Assembly (NCBI GenBank): GCA_965222225.1
Contig: CBDCTK010000002.1
Span: forward strand, 3,712,001 to 3,776,000
Source: Candidatus Poribacteria bacterium
GTDB taxonomy: Bacteria > Poribacteria > WGA-4E > JAJDTR01
Length of the DNA: 64,000 nucleotides
Direction: 5' to 3'
The position numbers were made by a program, and so were the translations under genes. Each line of letters starts with the position of its first letter. Within the stretch, counting starts at the first letter, position 1. Of the stretch, positions 10,807 to 19,721 are shown piece by piece. Under the pieces are notes generated by a model. It saw only the letters and a program-made list of their open reading frames with translations. It made no database searches and was not told where the DNA came from.

Positions 10807-10963
10807 CTGGTTGAAGTAATTTCAGTCCTCCAGCATGACTGTGAACACTATGTTAGGTGTGAAGTCATAAAAAAAAGGCAATTCCTAACCCATATATTTG
10901 TGCAAACATGGGAGATCCTTGCCTGAGAAAAACCTACAAAGTAGACGTTTAATTGGGATTTTA

Positions 10964-11512
10964 TTAAGAATTAACGTTTAGCCCTTGTTGAGGAATATCA
11001 TTATTTGCCACTAACTTGTCACGATCAAATATGAAATCGCTACGCGAGCGTCCCAATATTTCACCTTCCTTCTGATTTTCCCTGAAGTATTGTGGTAGAG
11101 TAATGCCTGTCATCTGAATGGCATCTTCAGGGCAGGCCTCCACACAGTACCCACAAAAGATGCAACGCAACATATTGATTTCGAAAACGTCCGGATACTT
11201 CTCGCGCTGAAAGCCTTCCTTGGTTTTCCATCCCTCTGGAGCAGGAGCCGCCTTAATTGTAATGCAATCCGCAGGACAAGCCGTGGCGCACAGGAAGCAG
11301 GCAACACACTTGATATGTTCCTCTATATCGGTTGTAAGTTTATGGATGCCGCGATAGCGCTCATTTCGATCGCTGACGCCCCGCGAATCTTCCGGGTACT
11401 GATAGGTGAACTTCTTCTTCGGAATGTGTTTCAGAGTCGTAAGCATCCCTTTGACCAGCGCCGGAATATAGAGCCTGTCCCAAAACGACATTTCTTCATT
11501 AACTTTCTTCAT
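10964..11512 (-). CDS. nuoI: NADH-quinone oxidoreductase subunit I
   Basis: TYQYPE, RYRGIH, CVACFLCATACP, RCIFCGYCVEACPEDAI. Confidence 0.92.
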   Translation of the reverse strand: MKKVNEEMSFWDRLYIPALVKGMLTTLKHIPKKKFTYQYPEDSRGVSDRNERYRGIHKLTTDIEEHIKCVACFLCATACPADCITIKAAPAPEGWKTKEGFQREKYPDVFEINMLRCIFCGYCVEACPEDAIQMTGITLPQYFRENQKEGEILGRSRSDFIFDRDKLVANNDIPQQGLNVNS

Positions 11513-11651
11513 AACAAACGATAATTACACCTTCCTTAAGAATAATTCCGCACATCCCTCCGAAAACTCACTCTCGTCAAGGGAATTTCATCTGTATTTT
11601 CGTAACACCCCGAAACCGTACGATAGTCGAATACGGTTTTCGCGCATATTG

Positions 11652-11680
11652 ATAGTAACACGATTGTGTGTTTATGTCAA
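11652..11680 (-). promoter_or_regulatory. Sigma70-type promoter for nuoI
   Basis: TTGACA-17 bp-TACTAT on the minus strand. Confidence 0.65.
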
Positions 11681-11684
11681 GTAT

Positions 11685-11950
11685 TACGTAACCCAAGTTG
11701 CCACCCAATCAGGTGGGTCGGCCTAGAAGGCCGACCCACCTGATTGGGAACATCGCACGTTGTGAGAAGTAAACGAAATCAAACTAATCAATGCTTGGCT
11801 TGCAGTGGATTGCAAAATCCACTGCAGCATGTACAAGTACGGCTTGGATATGTCTTCCAAGCCGAGCGGGAGCTGGCAACTAGAGCGCAATACAATACCC
11901 GCAAAGTGAAAATCTCACAACGTCCAATAGGTAGCAACTTAGGTTACGTA
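11685..11950. mobile_element. MITE-like element with TA flanks and internal palindromes
   Basis: TIRs CGTAACCCAAGTTGCCACC / GGTAGCAACTTAGGTTACG (17/19) with TA at both ends; internal hairpins GGTGGGTCGGCC-TAGAA-GGCCGACCCACC, TGCAGTGGATT..AATCCACTGCA and GGCTTGGA..TCCAAGCC. Confidence 0.65.
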
Positions 11951-11982
11951 ACCAAACTCGCAAGGCTCCGATTCCGCAGTGG

Positions 11983-13476
11983 CTAAAGGCCTGTACTGTA
12001 ATTGGGCGCCTCTTCGGTAACCGCAATATCGTGAGGATGGCTTTCACGATAGCCGCTGCCCGTCATCCGGATGAACCGACTTTCCGTTCTCAACGCGTTG
12101 ATCGTCGGGGTACCGCAATATCCCATTGAGGCGCGGAGTCCGCCGACCAATTGATAAACAAATCCGCTCAATGCCCCTTTGTAAGGGACGCGCCCCTCTA
12201 TTCCTTCAGGCACCAGCTTTGAGGGAAGTTGGTCATCCTGGAAGTACCTTTCGCGTCCGCCGCGTTCTTTCATGGCGGCTAAAGATCCCATCGCTCGATA
12301 CGCTTTGAATGTTCGTCCTTGAAAAATAGCCGTTTCGCCCGGGCTTTCTTCCGTACCGGCGAACAGACTTCCTATCATCACTGAGCTTGCCCCCGCACCA
12401 ATGGCTTTGGCAATGTCTCCCGAGTACCGAATGCCCCCATCAGCGATAATTGGGACATCATATTTGTCCGCCTCGCGAGCACAATCATAAATCGCTGTAA
12501 TCTGGGGCACCCCGATTCCAGCGATTACGCGGGTCGTACAAATCGATCCCGGCCCCATACCGACCTTAATGGCATCCGCTCCGGCGTCAATCAGTTCGCG
12601 AGTGCCCTCGACGGTAACAACATTACCGACGATCACTTCAACGCTCGGAAAGCGTTCCTTAACCTGCCGTGTCATCTCAATGACACTTCTAGCTTGCCCG
12701 TGGGCTGTGTCTATGACCAGCACGTCGACTTCTGCCGCAACCAGTTGGTCGACCGCGTCTAAAGGTGATGATGGTGCAATGGCTGCACCGACCCTAAGTC
12801 TGCCGGATTCATCTTTGCATGCCGATGGATACTGTTGGACATTGTCAATATCCTTTATCGTAATCAGCCCGCACAACCGGAACTTCTCATCAACGATTGG
12901 GAGTTTCTCCTTGCGAATCTGATGAAGAATCTGCTTAGCCTTTTGAAGCGTGATACCCGGTGAGGCAGTGGTAAGCTCTTCGCTTGGCGTCATCAACTCC
13001 GTCACAGGAAGTTCGCGATCCTCCTCGTACTTGAGATCGCGGTTCGTAATCATGCCTACCAGATAACCTTCCACCGTTACGATTGGAACGCCACCGATAC
13101 GATAACGTGCTGTCAACTCCAGCGCGTCTCGAACAGTTTTGTCCGGGGTCAACGTAATCGGGTCAGAAATCATTCCACTTTCAGATCGCTTGACTTTGTC
13201 AACCTCATGCACCTGTTCTTCAATTGAGCAGTTGCGGTGGATAATCCCGATGCCCCCTTCTCGCGCAACTGCAATCGCAAGCTTCGCCTCTGTCACGGTA
13301 TCCATTGCGGCGCTGCAGATTGGTAAATTCAAACGGATTCCGCGAGTCAACCGCGTAGTCGTGTCAACTTCATCAGGTAGCACCTCTGACCTGGCAGGAA
13401 TCAATAGAACATCGTCAAATGTCAATCCTTCCTTCACAAATTTGGTGTTTGTTTCGCCAGCCAATTCCGTGCCCAT
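11983..13476 (-). CDS. guaB: IMP dehydrogenase with CBS pair
   Basis: [38 protein letters not shown] motifs. Confidence 0.98.
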   Translation of the reverse strand: MGTELAGETNTKFVKEGLTFDDVLLIPARSEVLPDEVDTTTRLTRGIRLNLPICSAAMDTVTEAKLAIAVAREGGIGIIHRNCSIEEQVHEVDKVKRSESGMISDPITLTPDKTVRDALELTARYRIGGVPIVTVEGYLVGMITNRDLKYEEDRELPVTELMTPSEELTTASPGITLQKAKQILHQIRKEKLPIVDEKFRLCGLITIKDIDNVQQYPSACKDESGRLRVGAAIAPSSPLDAVDQLVAAEVDVLVIDTAHGQARSVIEMTRQVKERFPSVEVIVGNVVTVEGTRELIDAGADAIKVGMGPGSICTTRVIAGIGVPQITAIYDCAREADKYDVPIIADGGIRYSGDIAKAIGAGASSVMIGSLFAGTEESPGETAIFQGRTFKAYRAMGSLAAMKERGGRERYFQDDQLPSKLVPEGIEGRVPYKGALSGFVYQLVGGLRASMGYCGTPTINALRTESRFIRMTGSGYRESHPHDIAVTEEAPNYSTGL

Positions 13477-13630
13477 CGGGATTTCCTCCTTACAAAGTCA
13501 ACATGAGCAATTTGTGTAAAGTGGGGGCGGGTAAATCCGGTTGATTTGTAGACACAAGTCGGTTTACTATTGCTTTAATTTGAGATGAGTTGTCGTTTGG
13601 TAAACGCTATGTGGATTTACGAAATGAACC

Positions 13631-13701
13631 GATCAATTGAGCGGATAGTGATGGATCAAGCGAAAGATTAGTGAGTGCGATAGAACCCCTATAGAAGCTC
13701 C
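13631..13701 (+). repeat. GATCAA...GCGATAG micro-element, nested pair
   Basis: Left ends at 13631 and 13654, lying between palindrome arms TGGATTTAC / GTAAATCCA. Confidence 0.8.
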
Positions 13702-13880
13702 TATCGGTAAATCCATAAGGCGGTTTAAGAGGCAAGAACATCCAGTTGCTTCATTTGGAATCGGAATTAGTAGCTTGTAGCTTTTAGACTGACGACAAAC
13801 ATAAAACTTGGTACCCTGTCGTAAATCTTTTCGTCACACGTAGATGTCCATAGTGACTATTCTTCTCGTAGGAGTTTGCT

Positions 13881-14735
13881 ATGGACATTTTGAATCTTAT
13901 GAAAGAGTTTCCAAATCAAGAATCTTGTCTCAGATTTATAGAGGAAAAACGTTGGAAGGACGGTGTTTGCTGTATCCACTGTGGCAGTGAAAAAGTTGGA
14001 CGCAAGAACAAAAACGACATTACTACTGGTTGGAATTGCTACGATTGTGAATCTAGCTTTTCGGCTACAGCAGGAACCATCTTCCATGGTACCAAGATAC
14101 CTCTCCAGAAATGGTTTTTGGCTATCTCAATTCTTTCCAATGCCAAGAAAAGCATATCGAGTTGTCAGCTTGCTCGTGACTTGGACATGAATCAAAAGTC
14201 CGCTTGGTATATGGCAATGCGCCTCCGTGAGAAAATGAGTGATAGTGATGAATTGCTGAAAGGGATAGTTGAAGCGGACGAAACCTATGTCGGCGGCAAA
14301 CCCAGAGCAAAATCTAAGAGAGGTAGAGGCACAAATAAATCTCCCGTCATCGGCGTAGTCGAGAGAGGCGGTCGGGTGGTTGCTAAATTCATGAAGGTTC
14401 TATCTGGTGAAAATATCAGAGAATTCATCCTTAGCAATGTCTCACCCGATGAGTCTATTCTTATGACTGATGAATTTCGCTCTTACAATAGTCTGGACGA
14501 AGATATCGAAAGACATGTTATCCATCACCAAGAGAGATATGTTTCTGAGGACGGCGTAACTCACACCAACACCATCGAGTCGTTTTGGGCTTGTGTCAAG
14601 AGGTCATTCTACGGAACGCATCATCACTACAGCAAGAAGTGGCTGCCACTGTATATCATGGAGTCTTGCTGGAAATATAATCGCAGAAAAGATGATGAGA
14701 TTTTCATAAGATTTTTTGATGAATGCTTCACCTGA
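13881..14735 (+). CDS. IS1595-family DDE transposase
   Basis: Zn ribbon CIHC/CYDC, GTIFHGTK, EADETY, MTDE, TNTIESFW. Confidence 0.95.
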   Translation: MDILNLMKEFPNQESCLRFIEEKRWKDGVCCIHCGSEKVGRKNKNDITTGWNCYDCESSFSATAGTIFHGTKIPLQKWFLAISILSNAKKSISSCQLARDLDMNQKSAWYMAMRLREKMSDSDELLKGIVEADETYVGGKPRAKSKRGRGTNKSPVIGVVERGGRVVAKFMKVLSGENIREFILSNVSPDESILMTDEFRSYNSLDEDIERHVIHHQERYVSEDGVTHTNTIESFWACVKRSFYGTHHHYSKKWLPLYIMESCWKYNRRKDDEIFIRFFDECFT

Positions 14736-14753
14736 GCCACATGAATTGTTTGG

Positions 14754-14876
14754 CTATCGGTATATTCTGTCAACGACAACATCATGGTGTGCTGAAAATC
14801 CCATAGTGTTGGAAATTAAAATCCCGCAGATAACCCGCAATGCTCCCGCGAGCATGTACAAACGCTTGGTCAACAT
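14754..14876 (-). CDS. Possible 40-aa hydrophobic passenger peptide or gene remnant inside the IS
   Basis: GGAGG SD, then MLTKRLYMLAGALRVICGILISNTMGFSAHHDVVVDRIYR*. Confidence 0.35.
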   Translation of the reverse strand: MLTKRLYMLAGALRVICGILISNTMGFSAHHDVVVDRIYR

Positions 14877-15264
14877 GATATGCCTCCATTTCTCTCTTAT
14901 AGAGATGTATTTTAGTGTGAATCAAGATTCCGAACACTGTCTAAAATGATTGTACATTAAGAAAAGAAAAGCAAGCAAATCAACCAAAAAGCAGTTAACT
15001 ACTAAGTCCCTTTAGAATAAAATATTATCACATCCTTGAGCCTATTGTCAAAGAAAAGGGGAGAATTTTGCGCTCGTTTAATGTCCATCGCCGGGCGATT
15101 TAGGCGAAATGAAAATGCCATTCCGGCCCTTCGCACCAATCGCAGTCCTTCCAAAATGTGGCGAGATATGGTATAATTCAACCGTGGTGCGGAGCTTTGC
15201 GGGGTCTCCCGCCAAGGAAAAGCTTCTTTGTGTCAATTTAAACAATTAACGTGAACTAACCACA

Positions 15265-15360
15265 GTAGTAGGCATACTCCGTATGCCGTAACGGTTGTGC
15301 TTATTACGACACGGCGGAGGGATCTCTGTCGCTATCCGTTCCTTTGATCGTGCCTACTAC
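15265..15360. repeat. REP doublet (REPIN) left of RAYT; the inverted REP is interrupted by a micro-element
   Basis: GTAGTAGGCATAC-TCC-GTATGCC and inverted ...GTGCCTACTAC; insert at 15320-15348. Confidence 0.85.
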
Positions 15361-15371
15361 CCCTTAGTAAC

Positions 15372-16017
15372 ATGTTCAAACTCTTCGATTCTAACAGTGA
15401 CTTCCAAATTACAGAAGGTTCAAATCTGCCACATTGGTTTCAACCGCAAGCAACCTACTTTATTACCTTTCGCACTGAGGATTCACCCCCTGGGCATATA
15501 GTTCGACGGTGGTACGCCAAACGATCGGTTTGGCTTGCACAACACGGAATTTCCATTTCAATGCCAGATTGGAAAGACAAACTTGCAGAACTTCCAGAAG
15601 GATTGCGCAAAAATTTTCATCATACGTTTTCACGGCAATATTATGGAATACCTAGACAATGGTCTGGGAAGATGCGATCTGAAACGACCAAGACTATCAA
15701 AGATTGTAGCGGACAGTTTGTTATACTTTAATGGCGATCGGTACCAAATAGGTGACTTTGTGATAATGCCCAACCATGTTCACTTGCTGGTTTGTTTGCT
15801 AGGCGATACAGATCTCCTGAAGCAATGCCGCTCGTGGAAAAAGTTCAGTGCAGGCAAGATTAATAAACTGCTTGAGCGATCCGGCCGATTTTGGCAGGAA
15901 GAAAGTTTCGATCACCTCGTCCGATCGTCTGAACAGTTCTGCGCAATCCAACAATATATAATGAAAAACCCAAGCTATCTCTCGAATGGCGAGTATTTTT
16001 TGTATCAGTTAAAGTAG
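15372..16017 (+). pseudogene. REP-associated tyrosine transposase (RAYT, Y1 HUH), frameshifted
   Basis: Frame 1 has LPHW...YFITFRT; frame 2 has FVIMPNHVHLL, SWKKFSA, FWQEESFDH, YIMKNP; one extra base near 15640 (CAATATTATGGAA). Confidence 0.88.
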
Positions 16018-16118
16018 TAGGCACACGCCGTGTGCCGTAACCATCGTACCTATAACGGCGTGGTGGAACGAGCCTACTACTGTTGCTTTGTTACGGCATA
16101 CGGAATATGTCTACTTCT
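16014..16118. repeat. REP cluster right of RAYT
   Basis: GTAGTAGGCACAC-GCC-GTGTGCC, inverted ...GAGCCTACTAC, and a third copy TTACGGCATACGGAATATGTCTAC. Confidence 0.85.
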
Positions 16119-16122
16119 ATTT

Positions 16123-16884
16123 ATGATTACGACTTCTGAACTCACCAAGAGATTCGGCAAACTCGCCGCCGTGGAGCGCTTGACGATGGAAATTGAATCG
16201 GGCGAACTTTTCGGATTCCTCGGCCCGAACGGAGCGGGAAAGACCACGACGATAAACATGCTCACCGGCTTGATTCAGCCAACCTCCGGAGTAGCGACAA
16301 TTTGCGGCTATGATGTTCAAGCTCAGTCTTTGCAGGCAAAAGCAATGACCGGGCTAATGCCGGATACGCCGCAGTTATACGAGACCTTAACCGGCAGGCA
16401 GTTTGTTCGTTTAATCGCGGATATCTATGAGGTCCCTCCAAAGCAATCCGAGGAACGCATGGAGAGCATGCTCAACATGCTAGACTTGAGAGACGCAGGC
16501 GACGATCTCATCAAGAGCTATTCGTACGGGATGCAAAAGAAGATCCTTTTGGTAGCGGTGCTGGTGCATACACCCCGTGTTCTCTTTTTGGACGAACCCA
16601 CAAGCGGTCTTGACCCCAAGAGCGCCCGCATAGTTAAGGAGATGCTACGTGAACAATGCGACCTCGGTTGCACGGTGTTCATGACAACACACATCCTCGA
16701 AATCGCCGAGCGAATCTGTGATCGAATCGGCATTATCAATAAAGGCAGATTGGTTGCTGTTGGAACCATGAGTGAATTACGCAAACACAGTGCTGCATCT
16801 GACCTAAGTCTCGAAGACATTTTTCTCGGCCTCACTGACGATGCTGAATATAACAAGATTGGGAAAGGAGACGGGGTATCATAG
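16123..16884 (+). CDS. ABC transporter ATP-binding protein
   Basis: GPNGAGKTT, YSYGMQ, LFLDEPTSGLDP, TTH; start moved to MITTSEL. Confidence 0.95.
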   Translation: MITTSELTKRFGKLAAVERLTMEIESGELFGFLGPNGAGKTTTINMLTGLIQPTSGVATICGYDVQAQSLQAKAMTGLMPDTPQLYETLTGRQFVRLIADIYEVPPKQSEERMESMLNMLDLRDAGDDLIKSYSYGMQKKILLVAVLVHTPRVLFLDEPTSGLDPKSARIVKEMLREQCDLGCTVFMTTHILEIAERICDRIGIINKGRLVAVGTMSELRKHSAASDLSLEDIFLGLTDDAEYNKIGKGDGVS

Positions 16885-16999
16885 TTCCCTTCGTGTCGAT
16901 TGGTTTGAACGGGCACAACTTAAATTGGGGGAATTACGCTTCCAGTCGGTCAAGAATAGGGTTTCTATATCCCGCTTCCTTTTAAGCTAAAACTAAAGA

Positions 17000-18616
17000 A
17001 TGCCCGAGTCCCACTTGCTCCAAAATCCCGGCACACACACCTTCAGAATCCTGTTAAGCGCTAGCTGGCAGAGCTGGTTGAACGGCATTCGCTATCGTGC
17101 GGAAGTCAAACGCAAGCGCCTGATCGAAGTGGTCGGATTTGCGATATTTGTTACAGCATTGTACTTGATGGGGCACGCTATTCTGAGTCAACTGAGCCGT
17201 CCCAATCTCTCAGTGGTATTGAGAGTTATCAATGCATTCATGGCACTTGGCGCTTTTGTCCTGGCAAAAGATGCCATGGAAAAGACACTACGATTTCTGT
17301 ATGAAGCCCCGGAAACCTCTCTGCTATTGTCGCTCCCGTTGTCGCCTTTAACCGTATTTGGATGCAAGCTGACGGAGTTGATTGTCGCCAATCTATTCAG
17401 TATGGTCGTCTGGTTGATTCCGCCGTGGATTGCGTTTGGACAGTTTTTCCATCTGCCATGGCATTTCTATCTTGCCCTCGTTCCAGTGTGTTTTTGTTTG
17501 CACATCATCATAGTTAGTCAGGTCACAATAGGAATGATGATTATCACCCGTTTTTTTTCGTCCAACGGCATAATCAGGATTCTTAAGATTACTGGTGTGT
17601 TGATAGGGGTGTCAGCCGGGTTTCTGCTGTCTACAAGTTTTCTGGCATTGGATCGAGCCGATCAAATCACACGGTTCCTCCTCAACCAATTCCATACTCC
17701 TGCTTCAAGCTGGTATCCCCATGTTTGGGCTGCAAACCTATTGACGGGTTGGCTCCCTGATGCCGACCTTGAACTTTGGCGGTGGGGTGGACCACTTCTG
17801 GGCGGAAGTGTCGGCTTACCGGTTCTCGCGGCGCTGTTGGCTTCAAAGATTTATGTAAGAAGCTGGGAATGTGCCAAACATGTGGAAGTGATTCCCAAGC
17901 GGAAGGCTAATAAATCGGCGCGGCTCTCCCCCTTGGGCAGAGGAAGGCTTCGTTCGATGATGGCGAAGGATTTCTTGGTCTTTGCCAAGCATCGGGGCTG
18001 GTTGACCATGATAATAATGCTAACGCTAATCCTTCTGGTAACGTTGGTCTTTTTAACTTACGATTTGCGGCAAAGCAATCTCCTCCATCAAAGTTTCAAC
18101 GCCCCGTTATCAAGGCTTGGAACCCAAGCGATGCTTTACAGTGCCATGATGACGCTTGGGCTCACGTGGGCTGGATTTAAAAATGAAGGGAAAACATGGT
18201 GGTTGTTGAAGTCAACTCCAACCTCCCCTAGCTTACTCTTTCATAGTAGGCTCCTTGTTGCTGCCTCCTGTGCTACAATCTATGCAAATTCTTGGATGCT
18301 TTTAGGATTAATCTTTTTTGAAGCCCCATTAGGTTACTGGTTGCCGACTCTGGCTGTAACGACCTTGGTTACAACTACCGCCGCTGCATTCAACACTGCC
18401 CTCGGATTGTTGCCTTGGGTCGCGGAGACTGGAACGGCAAACGGTGCTGTAACAAGAAAGCCAATTCTGCGTATAGCCACCATGACAGGAGGAATCATCG
18501 TCAACGTAACGGTTGTCGTCATGTCGGAAACGACTACTAAGTTCGTACTCCTGGCACTCGTTTGGGTGGTTTCATATTTCGCTGGAAGAGGCATTTTGAA
18601 AAGGGTGTTGGCTTAG
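17000..18616 (+). CDS. Putative ABC exporter permease subunit
   Basis: Multi-TM protein with LLLSLPL and EGKTWWLLKSTP motifs; follows the ATPase. Confidence 0.8.
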   Translation: MPESHLLQNPGTHTFRILLSASWQSWLNGIRYRAEVKRKRLIEVVGFAIFVTALYLMGHAILSQLSRPNLSVVLRVINAFMALGAFVLAKDAMEKTLRFLYEAPETSLLLSLPLSPLTVFGCKLTELIVANLFSMVVWLIPPWIAFGQFFHLPWHFYLALVPVCFCLHIIIVSQVTIGMMIITRFFSSNGIIRILKITGVLIGVSAGFLLSTSFLALDRADQITRFLLNQFHTPASSWYPHVWAANLLTGWLPDADLELWRWGGPLLGGSVGLPVLAALLASKIYVRSWECAKHVEVIPKRKANKSARLSPLGRGRLRSMMAKDFLVFAKHRGWLTMIIMLTLILLVTLVFLTYDLRQSNLLHQSFNAPLSRLGTQAMLYSAMMTLGLTWAGFKNEGKTWWLLKSTPTSPSLLFHSRLLVAASCATIYANSWMLLGLIFFEAPLGYWLPTLAVTTLVTTTAAAFNTALGLLPWVAETGTANGAVTRKPILRIATMTGGIIVNVTVVVMSETTTKFVLLALVWVVSYFAGRGILKRVLA

Positions 18617-18776
18617 ATTGGCAGCGCCGGCGCCATTGAAAGCTAGTCTGTCAAGATTAAAGCGTCGCCTTGGCACGGTTACACACCTCATCAACACACA
18701 GCTTTATTGCTTGTAAGGCGAATTTGAGAGCTTCCTGACTTGAACGACGTTAATACAGCTCCGTCTTGGAGGTCGT

Positions 18777-19301
18777 ATGCTAATAGATTTTGAAGGGTTG
18801 TCACCGAAAATTCATCCCACCGTCTTCATTGCTCCCGGCGCAATGCTTATCGGCGATGTCACTATCGGTGAAGATTCAGGAGTTTGGTTCAATTGTGTTT
18901 TACGTGCAGATATTGATAGAATTGAGGTCGGAGCCAGATCGAATATTCAGGATGGCACCGTCATCCATCTCGATACAGGTATTCCGACTATCATCGGAGA
19001 TGATGTTACTATCGGTCACGCCGCCATTATCCATGCTTGCACTATTGGTGACGGAGCCTTGATTGGAATGGGCGCGATTATTCTCTCCGGAGCAAAAATC
19101 GGTGAGGAGGCAATTGTTGCCGCAGGTACTCTTGTCCGCGAGGGACAGGAAATCCCGCCACGCTCGGTAGCTATGGGGGTGCCCGCGCAAGTCAGACGGG
19201 AGCCGACAGAGGAAGATCTCAAACGTATGCGAGATAATGCTGAGGGATATGCCCGACGCGGTGTAATCATGCGAAAAACGATTGGGGACACACAATCGTA
19301 G
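18777..19301 (+). CDS. Gamma carbonic anhydrase family (YrdA/PaaY) hexapeptide protein
   Basis: IGDVTIG, VLRAD, SNIQDGTVIH, TIGHAAIIHAC. Confidence 0.93.
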   Translation: MLIDFEGLSPKIHPTVFIAPGAMLIGDVTIGEDSGVWFNCVLRADIDRIEVGARSNIQDGTVIHLDTGIPTIIGDDVTIGHAAIIHACTIGDGALIGMGAIILSGAKIGEEAIVAAGTLVREGQEIPPRSVAMGVPAQVRREPTEEDLKRMRDNAEGYARRGVIMRKTIGDTQS

Positions 19302-19438
19302 CAAACGTGCCAACAGCGACACGATGCGTAGTGGCCCTACGGTAAAACGGCGGGCGACGGTTCTTGCCACTCAATCTGCTATCAGCTAACTCAAACAAGA
19401 CATTACAGATAATGCTTGACCTAAACGCAAATCTCCCA

Positions 19439-19720
19439 ATGACGCTTGACGAAATACCCGAGTCCGATCAACAAGCGTTGCTTGAAAAAGTTGCGACACA
19501 GATTGTGAAGCGGCGATTGACTGTGCCCGCCATCATGGCTCTTGAAATTTGTAAACCCCTTAACTTTCTGGGTAGTCAAGCCCTCATAGCTTTCAATCCG
19601 TTTGTTCAATCAATCTTCAACTCCGCCGATTACCAGAAGTTTGCATTAATTATTGAAAAAGACGCGAACGTTGAATCCCTAATCAAATTAATCGAAGATT
19701 TAGACAAAGAGGAGAAATAG
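19439..19720 (+). CDS. Conserved small hypothetical protein coupled to the GlmL-like gene
   Basis: LEKVA..IVKRRL.VPAI..LE..KPLNFLGSQ; ends 1 bp before the next start; start codon uncertain. Confidence 0.7.
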   Translation: MTLDEIPESDQQALLEKVATQIVKRRLTVPAIMALEICKPLNFLGSQALIAFNPFVQSIFNSADYQKFALIIEKDANVESLIKLIEDLDKEEK

Positions 19721-19721
19721 T

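Larger units (their letters stand above)
13762..15010 (+). mobile_element. IS1595-family insertion sequence
   Basis: Imperfect TIRs GGAATTAGTAGCTTGTAGCTTTT (13763-13785) vs reverse complement of 14987-15009 (17/23); flanking 8-bp near-duplication TTTGGAAT / TTTAGAAT. Confidence 0.75.
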
